From assembly GCF_020745735.1 (NCBI RefSeq), contig NC_083427.1:1271438-1335437 (forward strand): a stretch of 64,000 bases of DNA. The letters are read 5' to 3'. This DNA comes from Hemiscyllium ocellatum (lineage: Eukaryota). The notes beneath the pieces were generated by a model. The model saw only the letters and a list, made by a program, of their open reading frames with translations, made no database searches and was not told the DNA's origin. This document shows, piece by piece, positions 39,012 through 51,829 of the stretch. The position numbers and the translations under genes were made by a program. How positions within the stretch are numbered: the first letter of the stretch is position 1; every line of letters begins with the position of its first letter.

Positions 39012-42000
39012 TTTCATTCATTCAAGAGACAGTGAGAGTCAGTAAGTATGCAAGCATTTTATTGCCCATCCGGAGCTGACATGGTGTCAATGATACGCAG
39101 TAATCTCTGGTCTTGCAGAGACACCTACAGTGCTATTGAGAAGGTCGGTCAAAAACTGTACCCTTCAGGAATGAGCTATACTGCTGGAGCTGCGATATAT
39201 CTCCAAGTGAAGACGATGAGGGGCTTGGAAATACATTGAATTTATGTGTGTTCCCAGGCATCTGCTGCCCCATCCTTCTCGATTATAGAGGCCATTTGTA
39301 AACCATATATTGTAACATCTCTAAATGAGAACAAAGGACACAACATATTTCAGTATGGTACGGGGATTGGTTACCTCGGTTGGCTGAGTGTTTATTTTCT
39401 GATAGAGAGGACAATAGCGTTGGTTGAATTCCGTTGGTTAATTTGCATTTACTGTCAGGGAGGATGCAATCGAGAATCCGGTGGTCTGAACCGAACAAAA
39501 AAGAGGACTGTTAGGAAAGACATTTGACATAGAGAAGTTATACAACCAAGACAGGATGTTTACCATTTGAGAATAAGGGACGTGAGGTCAGGTTTATGGA
39601 AATTCTGACCACAGTGTTCCAAGTCTAATGTTTTGAGGGACCTTACAGCAGAAATGGAGGATTGTAAATGATAGCCTTTTATTGAGGATTGTGGAGGGGG
39701 CGTGCAGCAAGCACCCAAATGCCAGTAATATCAATTGGAAGCGTGGTCACAGGCAAAGTAAAGAACACTTGATGGCTAAAACCCAACATTTGTTGTTGAC
39801 TTGGTACCGACCGGGATGTGAATTTCCAATGACATTTGACATTTTGCAAGTGCTAAAACCTCGCAAAATGGGTTGGAATAGACCATCGGCAGTAAACCGC
39901 ATTATGGCTTCTTAACTCCAGCCTTAACCCAATTGCTTTACTAGCACAAGATTTATTTTGTCCTGTCAAAAACACGGAGGATACCATTCATTTAGAGGCA
40001 TGCAGTCATAGAGTCATGCAACATGGAAACTGCCCCTTCAGCCCAACGGTTACATTCCATCAAGCGTTCCTAAACGGAACTTTCCCAATTTCCAGCGATT
40101 TGTCCATATCTCTATAAACCTTTGCAATCTATGTACCCGTCCAAATTGCGTTTACATGTTACAACTGCACCTGCATCTACAACTTGCTCTGGCAGCTCAT
40201 ATGCATCACCCTCTGTGTGGAACAGTTGCCCCTCAGGTCACTTTTAAATTGTTTTCCTCTCACCCTAAACTTATGCCCTTTTGTTTTAGACTTCTGTACA
40301 GTGGGGAAAAAAAGACCTTGGCTGTTCACCCTTTAAATGCCACTCATGATTTTATGATATGGAGGTACTGGTGTTGGACTATGGTGGACATGTTCAGAAG
40401 TCACAAAACACAAAGTTACAGTCCAACGGGAGTATCTGAAATCAAAAGCTTTCAAAGTTAGCCCGTTCATCACGTGAATTGATGAAGAGGTACTGCTGTG
40501 GAAGGTGGTGATGACAAATAGATCTGTTTAACTACAACTGGAAGTCATGTGACCTTTCACCATGACTTTATAAACATTTATAAGTTCACCCTTCAGCCTC
40601 GTACGCTCCAGGGAACAACAGTCCGAACTTAGCGAGTGTCTCCTCTTCACTCAATCCCTCCTGCCTTGGGAACATCCTTATAAATGTTCTTTGTCCCATA
40701 CCATTTTAATGACATCTTTCCTGTCGTCTGAACGGAATTGTACACAGTACTCCAAATGTAGTCTCACCAATTATGTTAACATACATAAGATGAAATCCCA
40801 AACTCCTGTAATCAATGCTCTGACAGATGAAGGCAAGTGTGACAAACGGCCTTCTTCACCAACCAGTCTACCTGTGACACCACTTTCAATGAACTGTGCA
40901 TCTGCGCCCTGAGGCATGTCAACATGCCCTTGGTTCTTCCATTAAGTCCTGATCTGGTTTATCTTACGAAAATGCAACGCTTTGCATTTAAGTAATTTAA
41001 ATTCCATCTGCCATTCTTCGCATCATTGTCCCTGTTCACCTCGTATGGAACCTTCTTGACCTTGTATTTAATTTGGAGTTGTTCACACACTCATGAACGA
41101 TACCTTAGACTTTCTCAACAAAAATGTTTACTTAACTGATGAATAACAGTGAAACAAACACCAGTACTTGAGCCACGCAACTGGTCACAACCTCCTGTCT
41201 GAACCACAACCTCTATCTCCACCCTCTGTCTATAAGCATAAAGCTAAGTTTTCCAATTGGCTAGCTCTTCCTGCATCCCATTTGTTCTCATGGTATTATC
41301 CAGTCTGCCATGCGGAACCATGTTAAAGGCCTTGCCAATGTCCATGTGCACAATGTCTGCCATTCTGTCTTAATCTACCGTCTTGGTCACCCCTCCAATG
41401 ATCTCAGTCAAATTCGCGAGACACGATCTCCCACGTGCAAAGTCATGCTGAGTGTCCCTCATTAATCCTTGCCGTTCCAAATGCTCGTGGATCTTTTGTC
41501 TCAGAATCCCGTCTAATAAATTGTCAACCACTGACGTCAGGATTACTTTTATATAGTTCTCAGGGTTTTCCTTACAGTCTTTCTTAAATAATGACAAAAC
41601 ATTTGAACCCTTCAGACTTTTAGCAGTTCACCCGTGGTGTCCATGTCACAGATATTTCTGCTAGAGGCCGCAATTACATTTCTGGAATCCCACAATATAC
41701 TAGGATACATCTGAGCATGGCCCAGGGATTCGTCTACTTTTATGCATTTTAAGGCCTTCAGTATCTCCTTGTCAGTGATGTGGACTCTTCTCAAGAGATG
41801 AATATTGATTTTGCTGAGTTGCTCGCGTCCATGTCTTCCTGCATTCTGACACAAAATATTCGTTTGGGACCTTGCCTATCTCCTGTCGTTTCACACATAT
41901 ATGTAACCTTTGCTTTCAGGGGCCCTGTTCTCTCCCTAGTTACTTTTTCGCCCTTAATATACATGTAAAATCATTTTGGATTTTCCTTAATCTAAACTGC

Positions 42001-43197
42001 CAAAACGATCTCCTATCCACTTTATGCTGTACTCGTTTTCCTCTTCAGTCTGCCCCGCTATCCCCTTTACTCTCAAAGGATTCACTGATCTCAGATGTTC
42101 GTAACTGAACTCTTGCTTTTTCTTGACTAGACCATTAACATCGCTCCTGAGTCAACGTTCCCTACTCCTGTCAGCTGTGCCCTTCACTCTCACAGGAACA
42201 TGTTGTCTCTGAACTCTTGTTATGCCACTTGTGAACGCTTCCAATTTGCCAGATGTCCTTTTGCTTGCGAAGAGCCCCACCCAATCAACTGTTGACAGTT
42301 TCTATGTAGTAACATCAAAATTGGCCTTACCCTGATTTAGAATTAAACTTGTGCATTAGTTGTATCATTTTCCATTACTATTTCAGGAGAATAGAATTAT
42401 AGTCACTGGTCCAAAAGCTCTCATCCATTTGCCTGACTTATTCCCCAAGAAGTGGTCGACCGTTGCCTCTTCTCTGTACATTCATCTACATATTGATTAA
42501 TAAAATATTCTCCCTTGGAAAGGAAGCGTTGCTGCACCCATATCAGTGACATGAGAGAATGAATAATAATCCATACGAATCACTCCATTGATACAGTTCT
42601 GTTTGAAACAGAATCGTAGAACCATAGAACATATCGATAGTCTAATCTGCCAGTTGTACATGCGTGCTGGCTACCTTGAAAGAGACATCGAATTTGTAGC
42701 ACTTTAAATCACTTTCACACTGATTATTTTATTTGCAAACTACCCATTCTCTTGCTTTTTCAAGGACAATGTGTTTTCTGTTGTCCCTTGTTTTAAAGCA
42801 AGTATTTTACATTCATGCTCAGCTATTGACAGCACTGACAGAGAAAATGCTTTATTCCCACAACAAACCTAAAATCATGAATCCATCAATTAAATAATCT
42901 CTGCAACTACATAAATACGGCAACAGAAAGTGGAGTTGCAGGTCGATAGGATAGTGAAGAAGGTGTTTGATATGCTTGCCTTTATTGGTCACTCCATTGA
43001 GTATTGAGTTGAGAGATCATGTTACGGCTGTACAGAACATTGGCTAATCTAGTTCTGGAGGACTATCCACAATTCTGGTCTCCCAGCTGAAGGAAGGATG
43101 TCGTCAACCCTGAAAGTTTTCACCAAAGATTAACAAGGATTTTGCCATGAGTGGAGGGTTTGAGCGATCGGGAGAGTCTGAATAAACTGGTGCTATT
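39012..43197. repeat. Array unit U6 (first ~1.3 kb deleted; terminal copy)
   Basis: Begins at TATtttcattcattc. Ends at gctatt (43197), where the interrupted LINE continues into non-array flank. Confidence 0.9.
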
Positions 43198-43600
43198 TTC
43201 CTTGGTTCATTGGAAACTGAGGGCTGAACTTTCAGAGGTTTATAAAATCATGGGGGGCATGGACAATGTGAACACTCAAGGTATTTCCCTGAGATAGAGG
43301 AGTCCAAAAACGGAGGGCATACTTTTAAGGTCAGAAAGATTTGAAAGGAACAAATGGGGCAACAGTTTCACTCAGACAGGTGGTGCCTATTTGGACTGAG
43401 CTCCACAGGAAGTGGTGGAGGCTGGCACAATTGCAACATTTAAAGAGCATCTGGATGGGTATATGGATACGAACCGTTTAGAGAGATATGGGCATAAAAT
43501 TGGCACATAGCACTAGATTCATTTAGGTTATCTGGTCAGCATTGACAAGTTGGGCTGAAGGGTCTGTTCCTGTGCTGTACTTTCCACGACTCCATAACTC
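42905..43600 (+). mobile_element. CR1-like LINE 3' fragment spanning the right array boundary
   Basis: VDRIVKKVFDMLAFIGHSIEY...ERLNKLVLF continues as ttccttgg..cattggaaactgagggctgaactttcagaggtttataaaatcatg (..KLRAELSEVYKIMGGMD) only in this last copy; 3' tail gggctgaagggtctgttcctgtgctgta at ~43552-43580. Confidence 0.85.
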
Positions 43601-44109
43601 TTGCTGTCGGATTGTTCATTGCAGTCATGAATTTTCTACCATTTTCAATATTTACAATTCTTCATAATTGTGATAATTTCAATAAAAGTGACACTATCAA
43701 GGGCACGATTTATAATTGCAAAGGCTGTGCACTGGCACAAAACAGATCTCTGACTGATTCAGTGATTTGTGAAGAATGACCATGGCTTCATGATGTACTT
43801 TCTCAGTTCCCCTTATAACCAGGCCAACGGTTTAAGCTATAGCATTTAAAAGTCTCCTGTCCCTTCACAGATTTGTTCTGAAATCTCAAAGTTCATATAT
43901 TTCAAATTCCTTTGCAAATTATTCTCAAAAGAAACAAAAAAAGTACTTTCCTTCATGTCACAGAGCAATGTTTGTGTGTTTTCTTGAGCTTGGTCTCGAT
44001 AACCACACATGTTTTCGAATACATCAACCATGATTTTGTTCCGGACCACATTTTGACATCTGCTTTTCACTGTTCACCTCCTTCAGCAACCTCCTCGTTT
44101 AGAATATGA

Positions 44110-44640
44110 AACATGAAGCAGAATTAGACCATTCAGTCTATCGAATCTGTCCCGCTATTCAATGAGATCATGGCAGATCTGATAAACCTGGGCTTCAATT
44201 TCCTGACCTTTCCTTTTACCAATTGATTCCTTCACTGAATAAAAATCTCTCCGTCACTCCCTTGAGTATTTTAAATAACCCAGCATTGACCGCCCTCTAT
44301 GATAAGAAATTCAACAAATTCACAATCTTTTCACAGAACAAATACCTCGTCACATCTACGTTAAATAGGTGCATCCTTACACTGATTCTTTCCCACAAGG
44401 GGAAACAGTTTCTCTAAATCTCTTGCTGATTACAATTGGTTTGATAAGATCACCTTTCATTCTTCTCTATTACAAGGCCCAATCTTTTAATTATGTTTAT
44501 TAAAAAAAACCCTTCATATCCGCGATTAGCTGGATGAAATTTGTCTGGACTCCATCCAATGTCAAAATATATTTCGATAGATAACGGGACCAAAAGTTGT
44601 TCACGGTTTTCCAGCCGTTATTTGATTGTTGGCTTCTATA
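44110..44640 (-). mobile_element. Degenerate LINE (CR1/L2 clade) 3' fragment
   Basis: ccattcagtctatcgaatctg...ttcaatgagatcatggcagatctg resembles a reverse-oriented LINE tail; a similar piece is at ~48255-48420. Confidence 0.5.
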
Positions 44641-44879
44641 GTTTCAGAAGGCCTCTTTCCACAGCTCATAAGGAAGATGACCAAATATGAGTTAATTTGC
44701 AGGTGTCGATACTTTTAAAGTGGGACAGGTTTTGTCCCCAATTTGCATAATGTCCTACTTATGGAAAGAAGAATTGTGAAGTTAGTCATTCACCACGCCT
44801 TAGTTAAAAATAACTACTAAATAATTATAATGTATGCCGTGATCATTTCAGCTGGATTCCAGATAATGTGAAAGCGATT

Positions 44880-45420
44880 GTTCTTCATACTAATATCGCA
44901 ATTGATCAAGGATCTCGATCAAAATTGCAGTCACTGAGAATCAGGTGAAAAATCGATGCTTTGCGCCATTCCCAGCAAGTGGAAAATGTTTGTAGTTTTG
45001 GAGATCAGTAATCTCAGCGCCAGGACATCTCTACTGAAGTTCTTCAGGATAATCGTGGCTGAACTATCTTCATCCGTTTCATTGATGACTCCCCTATACC
45101 ATAAGATCAGGAGCAGGGATGTTCACTAATGATTGTACAACGTTCAGCACTATTCATAACTCTTGAAATACTGAAGCAGTTCATGTTTAAATGTACCACG
45201 ATCTGGATGCAGAGCACGATTTGGCCTGACAATTGTCAGCGAAAGTTCCTGCCACTCTAATATCAGGCATTGATTATCACCAATAAAATTACCAGAGACA
45301 TTCAGTGATATTAACTTTACAGGGTCACCCAATATCGACAACCTTATTGTCACCATTGACCAGAACCTGAACTGCTCTCGTAATATAAGTACAGTGACAA
45401 CAAGAACTGGTCAGCGGCCA
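44880..45420 (+). mobile_element. L2-like LINE reverse-transcriptase fragment, degenerate
   Basis: gttcttcaggataatcgtggctgaactatcttcatccgtttcattgatgac...gggatgttcactaatgattgtac is a decayed [17 protein letters not shown]...GMFADDC motif block. Confidence 0.65.
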
Positions 45421-45483
45421 GAAGTTTGATTCACTAACTATAGAATGGTGCTTTGCCTCCTTGGAAGAGAATGATATTATGAT

Positions 45484-45790
45484 GTGGGTGCGGAATTCCT
45501 TCTTGGGAAGATGGCAATCTCAGATGTCACTGTTTGTATTGGTGCTAACAACATAGGCATGAAGAAGACTGAAGTCCTGAAGACAGATTTCAGCGAGTTA
45601 AAAATGAAATTGAAAGACAGATTCTCAAAGGCAGTCATCTTAGGATTTCTGTCTGCCACGTATCAATGTGTAAAAGAACAGAAGGAGTGATTGGTTCAAA
45701 ACGTTTTGAAGAGCAGGTGTAGGAAAAGGCGCTTTGGATTTCTGAGGAATTAGATTCTGCAGCAGGTTGAGTCAATGTTATCTGAACCAG
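45484..45790 (+). mobile_element. LINE ORF1 SGNH-esterase-like fragment
   Basis: VTVCIGANNIGMKKTEVLKTDFSELKMKLKDRFSKAVILGFL resembles the HIGTND...ELG.KLK...KVVISGLLP block of CR1-clade ORF1 esterases (recalled motif). Confidence 0.65.
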
Positions 45791-45814
45791 CTACATCTTC
45801 ACTAGTCAGTCTTC

Positions 45815-46005
45815 TCAGATGCTGGAGATCAGGGTCGAGAAGTATGGTGCTGGAAAAGCACAGCCAGTCCAGCAGCATCAGAAAAGCAAGAGAGTAGATT
45901 TTTCGAACATGAGCACTTAATCAAATGTAGAGCTCGTGCTCAAAACGTCGACCCTCCTGTTCCTCGGATTCTGCCTGACTGGCTGCACTTTTACCTCACT
46001 ACACT
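45815..46005. repeat. Inverted-repeat (head-to-head) Penelope-like short element
   Basis: Arm 45854-45914 (aaaagcacagccagtccagcagcatcag...gaacatgagc) is imperfectly reverse-complementary to arm 45932-45992 (gctcgtgctcaaaacgtcgac...ctgactggctgcactttt). Confidence 0.7.
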
Positions 46006-46305
46006 TTCTGACGATTTCAGTTTCTGATTAATTGTAACTCACAAGGTGTTCGCAGATTAGTAACTCACTGACTGAAAAAAAACATTGTGTATGAAGTGGT
46101 AATAGCTAGATGTCTTGTTGTGTCGATGATCATTGGATGGATCTCAGAGCATTTGAAATCCACCAGAAGTACCAGCAAATTCGGTGAAAATATCATGTGA
46201 TTATTGATTCCGCGTTGAATGAGGCAGAGGTGCAATTTAGACACGAATACGATTATACAAGTATTTGATGTATATGTATGTACATTTCTCTCTGCGTGTG
46301 TGTAT

Positions 46306-47590
46306 ATAGAGTCATAGAGTCATAGAGATGTACAGCATGGAAACAGACCCTTCGGTCCAACCCGTCCACGCCGATCAGACATCCCAACCCAATCTAGTCC
46401 CACCTGCCAGCACCCGGCCCATATCCCTCCAAACCCTTCCTATTCATATACCCATCCAAATGCCTCAATTGTACCAGCCTCCAGCACTTCCTCTGGAAGC
46501 TCATTCCATACACGTACCACCCTCTGCGTGAAAAACTTGCCCTTTAGCCCTCTTTTATATATTTCCCCTCTCACCCTAAACCTATGCCCTCTCGTTCTGG
46601 ACTCCACGACACCAGGGAAAAGATCTTGTCTATTTATCCTTTCCATGCCCCTCATAATTTTGTAAACCTCTACAAGGTCACCTCTCAGCTTCCGACGCTC
46701 CAGGGAAAACAGCCCCAACCTGTTCAGCCTCTCCCTATATCTCAGATCCTGCAACCCTGGCAACATCCTTGTAAATCTTTTCTGAACCTTTTCAAGTTTC
46801 ACAACATGTTTCCGATAGGAAGGACACCAGAATTGCACGCAATATTCCAACAGTGGCCTTACCAATGTCCTGTACAGAAGCAACATGACCTCCCAACTCC
46901 TGTAGTCAATACTCTGACCAATAAATGAAAGCATACCAAACGCCTTCTTCACTATCCTGTCTACCTTTGACTCCATTTTCAAGGAGCTATGAACCTGCCT
47001 CCAAGGTCTCTTTGTTCAGCAACGCTCCCTCGGACTTTGCCATTAAGTGTATAAGTCCTGCTAAGATTTGTTTTCCCAAAATGCAGAATGTCGCATTTAT
47101 CTGAATTAAACTTCTTCTGCCATTTCTCAGCCCATTGGCCCATCTGCTCCAGATCCTGTTGTAATCTGAGGTAACCAACTTCGCAGTTCATTACACATCC
47201 AATTTTAGTGTCATCTGCAAACTTACTAACTGTACCTCTTATGCTCACATCCAAATCATTTATTTAAATGACAAAAAGTAGAGGGCCCAGCACCGAACCT
47301 TGCGGCACTCCACTGGTCACAGGCCTCCAGTCTGAAAAACAACTCTCCACCACCACACTCTGTCTTCTACCTTTGAGCCAGTTCTGTCTCCAAATGGCTA
47401 GTTCCCCCTGTATTCCATGAGATCTAACCTTGCTAATCAGTCTCCCACGGAGAACCTTGTCAAACGCCTTACTGAAGTCCATATATATCACAGCTACTTA
47501 TCAGCCCTCATCAATCTTCTTTGTTACTTCTTCAAAATACTCAATCAAGTTTATGAGACATGATTTCCCACACACAAAGCCATGTTAACT
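46306..47590 (-). mobile_element. 5'-truncated CR1-like LINE (best-preserved copy in the window): RT core, C-terminus and 3' tail
   Basis: ORFs 47264-47491 ([11 protein letters not shown]...[16 protein letters not shown]), 46979-47254 (SKFADDTKIG) and 46440-46982 (LVRPLLEYCVQFW...RLGLFSLERRKLRGDL...GHRF). A few frameshifts; tail with ctatga-type repeats. Confidence 0.93.
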
Positions 47591-49269
47591 ATCGAGACAT
47601 CGAGGCCTACAAAACAGTAAAAGTCCAGTCCCTCCATCTTGGGCAGAAGTGTGGTTTATCCATCGTTGCTCTCCCTCAACGGCTATAACATATTTTCACC
47701 AATAAGGATTTAAATATTCACACAATGCTCTAGGTGAAGTCTAATAAAGCTGCTTTACAAATGAGGCAACACTTCGCTACTCCTGCATTCAAATCCTCTT
47801 GTGATGAAAATTAAAATTCTATAAACCTTTCTAATTGCTTGCTGCAAGCGGATATTAGCCTTCAGTGCATAATTGGGACGGGCACCCAAAGCCTTTTGTT
47901 CCTCTTCTTTTACAACCTTTCATAGTTTGACAAATATTAAGCACATCTTAAGAGTGGGTAATCTCTCGTTTTCCCAGGATATTTTCAATCTGCTCTTCCC
48001 TGATCATTGTTTTAACATGAATTACCATAAGCTCGTGGGCGATTTTACTTCGTGCCTCCAGGAACCAGATCAAATGTTTTGTGTGCGTGATTAATATTCT
48101 GTTGACCTTTTCTGAATATTTTAACTTTTATGTCTGTGAAATACTTGGTTTCATTTTCTTTGAGCTGTCAGAAAAAAAAATCCCCTGACACCGTCAATTT
48201 GATACATAACATTCCAGGAAAAGAAAACTTCCTTCATGTTACAGAGAGGTGTTGGTCTGATCAGCCATTTCAGACCATCTGGAGATATCAGCCGTGATAT
48301 CGATACTTTGTACCCTTCGTTATTTCCTGTATGCTGTTTATCTCAGTCCACACATTCCAATTTTACATGGTTGAGCACAATCTTGACCAGAGACATCTAT
48401 TTTAATCAAGAGTCTCGAACCTGCTTTACGCTGGAAGGGGCTTCGCTCCTATTTCTAATTTTTTTTTTACTTTGCGGATTTTAAAGAAATAATATTCAAT
48501 ATGTATAGACGCCTCAAAAGTTCAGTTGCCTGATGCAGATGAGTACTTCCATTAGTGCAATTGAATTGTCATTCTTTGTTCAATAGTGAGGAACAGTTGT
48601 TAATCTGTCAATAAAATTTGTATCTCTAAAATCAGACAACTATTGAGAACCTGTATTTTATCATAGAAACCTGGTTGTTGCAAAACATCGTCAAGCTTCG
48701 AGACTGCAAAATACTGATCAATTTCTGCACGATGAGCTCGGATCAGCCATCTGTGAGTTTTCAATAAATTGTAGCATGTATTTGCATAATTTAAGTTATT
48801 GTGCTGATTAATATTACATATTTAAATTCAATGTTCTGCTGTGCCATTTATTTGCAATAATTTTAGGAATTTGTCAAGATTAATATTCATTGCCATAATT
48901 CTACTAAAGATGATGCTTGTACACTTACACAATTACTGAATGATGTTGATTTTGTTAGAACTCCGAAACACATCACTGATTTTTTTTGTTTTGAACATCT
49001 GTTTTACAGGATGGTATGGCAGAACAGAGATGCCTATCAAGCAGATTTCTAATGCATTTCCTAATTTACTCGATACAACGATTAATTGCTTTGAGAGCAA
49101 ATTCTGGCTGAGACACTGAGCTGCAATCTGAATTAGTGGAGTCCTGTGTAACTTGATTTCTCAGCTCTATCTGCAACAAATAACTGTCAACCAGATTGCA
49201 ATTGACTTAAAGTGAACTCAGTTGCGAGGGACATAAGACACAACAACTTCGTGGCGTCAGAAATATTTG

Positions 49270-50050
49270 ATATTACTGGACACAGCAAAGGCTATTTTTG
49301 CTGCCAAATCCATGCAGTAGTTCCGATTTAAATGCTACATACCTTTCTAGTACAAGCGCTTCCAGTACAACTACATTGCTGTCAACGTCCAGCAACACAG
49401 AACCCCTCCCACATGCATCCTTCCCAGGAATGTAGGGCAATAGCAAAAACAGAAAATAGCCCAGCAGTTGACTGCTGTTAGTCATTATAAACAAAAGGAT
49501 GGCAATCTCAGTGATATGGGGGAATTCAATGAGTGTAATCGTATCAAGTGGTGATGGCAAGATCCTTTCTTGTTGTAGATGGCTGACCATGTGAGGTGCT
49601 AATATTTGTCATTTCTCAGTCTAACCCTGGGGATTTTCAAAGTCTTCCTGCATTTGGCCACGTATGTCTTTCGTTTCTGAGGAGTTGTGAATTGTATCGA
49701 ATATTGTGTCTTCTTTAGAAAACATCACACTTCTGATCTGAAGATGATAAATGAGGCAGCTGAAGATGGTTGAATATATGACATCACTTTGTGTATTTCC
49801 AACAGAGATGTTCTGGAGCTGAATTATCTGACATCCAATATCCACAGCGATCCCTCCTTTGCAATAGATATGAGTGGAACCAGTGGAGAGTTTTGATTCT
49901 GATCGATTTCAGTTTTGTTCGGGTTTCTTCACGCCACATGCGATCAACTGTGGCATTGATGTGTAGAATTCACTCATCTGCTTCACCTCTGGAATTCGGC
50001 TCATTTGTCCATATTTGAAACAAGACTGCACGAACTTCAATATCTAGGCA
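49270..50050 (-). mobile_element. Highly degenerate L2-like LINE fragments
   Basis: Reverse-strand remnants resemble RT-adjacent motifs (cacacttctgatctgaagatgataaatgaggcagctgaagatggttg is the reverse of the 45060-45115 block). Confidence 0.5.
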
Positions 50051-51829
50051 GCCTTGGCAGAAGTCATACTGACTGCAAAGTCATTGGTTCTTTTTAACTC
50101 TGCTGAAGAGCCGTGCCATCACATTTCCAGTGATCAAAATTTTACTCATTGGGTAATAATTGTTCGGAACGGATGAGGAAATAACGAGGCAATGTTCACC
50201 ATTGTTGTTTAGATGGCATTATTGTAGCTTTACCAGAACAACGTGGCTCGTGGGACAACAGGTTTTGCAAAATAAACATTGAGTACATTTGGAGGATCGT
50301 TGTAAGTCCTCATTGAATTATCTAGAGCCTACAAATGATAGTATGATCAAGAATGAATCGAAACTGATGACTGGCAGGTTCGATTTCTGGGGCCTCTGCC
50401 AGAACAGAAATTTAAGAAGATTACTGACCACCTTCTGAAGGGCAAGGAGGAATGAACAATAAGTTCTAGCCCAACCGGGTTATACATATCCCATGAATTA
50501 ATCAATTATGAAATAGCAGTACTCCAATTTTCAATGCACAAATTTACTTTGGCAGAAATAGACAGGGTGTGCTTGGGATGACAATGAGCTACAAGTTTCC
50601 TTCCATGCTTATACTAATATTATGTTCTCTCGCGAATTTTACGAAGCTGCATTGGAACTTTCTAGCAGAAAGGTGAGAGCTTCTCCTGATAGTATGAAGT
50701 GATTCAAGAAGATGTCAGTCCATTATCATATCAGGAGTAATGTGGAACTGTAGCCAAAACAGGACGGACCGTTCCCACTCTTTTATAAATGTAGAGTTGC
50801 ATTATCAATGAAAAGAAAACGCTTATTAATCGATCTAAAGGAAGTTATGTAGCCCATGTGCAGCTCGTGATAACTGCGGTTCATTCTTCCCATTACGCAT
50901 TGATTTGTGGCAAATTCTCAGTTGTTATAAATTGAAAATATTGTTTTGGATGGGAACTGATGTGAGGAGCATTAGTTGTTGATTTTACGGGAGCGGGAAG
51001 GTGAAGGCAATAAGAGACAAGAAACGAGCTAGTTCCTTCTTTTAGTTCCCTTATGATACAGAAATATTGGGCCATTTGTGGCATCGGGGCGAACCCGACT
51101 GCATGTTGCGGTGAACACTGTATTTATTGATTGGCTGAACTGTAGTGATTATTTTTGTTTAGAAAAGTTAAACATTTGGAACTGTGATGATGTATTTCGT
51201 AAACTGCAGTTTTTCAGTTTGTTTAATTGCGGTCTTGTATAAAATATATCAAGTTGTTTGCATGAAGTCGTGAGGGTCGTTAAATCAACAACAGAGCTTC
51301 CATTTATATAAGTGTTCCCCATCTCATGCCGGCGACAGAGCTTCACAAACAATGAGTATTCTTGTCGGCAAAACAGTATAAGATATATATTAGATACCTC
51401 GTTTTATCTCGACAACTAATTCTAAATATTATTTCCTGATACATTTGTTAATGCATTCCATGTTTAATATTCTTCCAGCACCACCCAGAATTCATATTGC
51501 ATTCAACATTGCTCACACTCTAGCACTATTAGGAATTCTAAGCGTTACTATACAACCATCAAAACAACCTGGTGTGGATTCTGGTGTGGAGACCAATTGA
51601 TGTGCATTCTGGCGAAAATGTGACACTTCTGCATCAACATGTTTTGCGGACTAATGTAACTTTATGGTTATGTATGTGCTTTATAAGATTATGAATAAGT
51701 TCTAGTCGAAGATAGAGGAAATTTAGAGACAGCTGAGAACCCCCAACTGACTGTATTCACAATACTGTAGAAGACTCTTCAAAATGTGTCAATATTAAAC
51801 TGTAAAACCTTCAGACGTGTGGTATTAAT

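Larger units (their letters stand above)
9813..43197. repeat. Tandem array (macrosatellite-like segmental duplication) of a ~5.5-kb unit, 7 copies
   Basis: The anchor (c)aaactcaggttcttaccagttggagagaacaacc recurs at 11501, 16996, 22509, 28029 and 33520 (spacing 5495, 5513, 5520, 5491), with a diverged copy at 9813. The same spurious ORFs recur at this period in the ORF track. Confidence 0.97.

Noticed and set aside
10415-42300. Recurrent ORFs in the array (e.g. ...HRNMLSLNSCYV..., ...KRGHRQSKEH..., ...WHRYLDPVL...) as a tandem gene family
   Set aside because: They recur only because the DNA is duplicated. Starts, stops and frames vary between copies, several are antisense to LINE RT remnants, and none resembles a protein family I recognise.
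9813-43197. CRISPR array, prophage or other prokaryotic system
   Set aside because: The DNA is vertebrate (spliceosomal intron, RSSs, LINEs and SINEs), and the repeats are kb-scale duplications with no repeat-spacer structure.
51362-51415. Imperfect inverted repeat ttgtcggcaaaac...gttttatctcgacaa
   Set aside because: Short, imperfect, single occurrence with no TSD; compatible with chance in AT-rich DNA.
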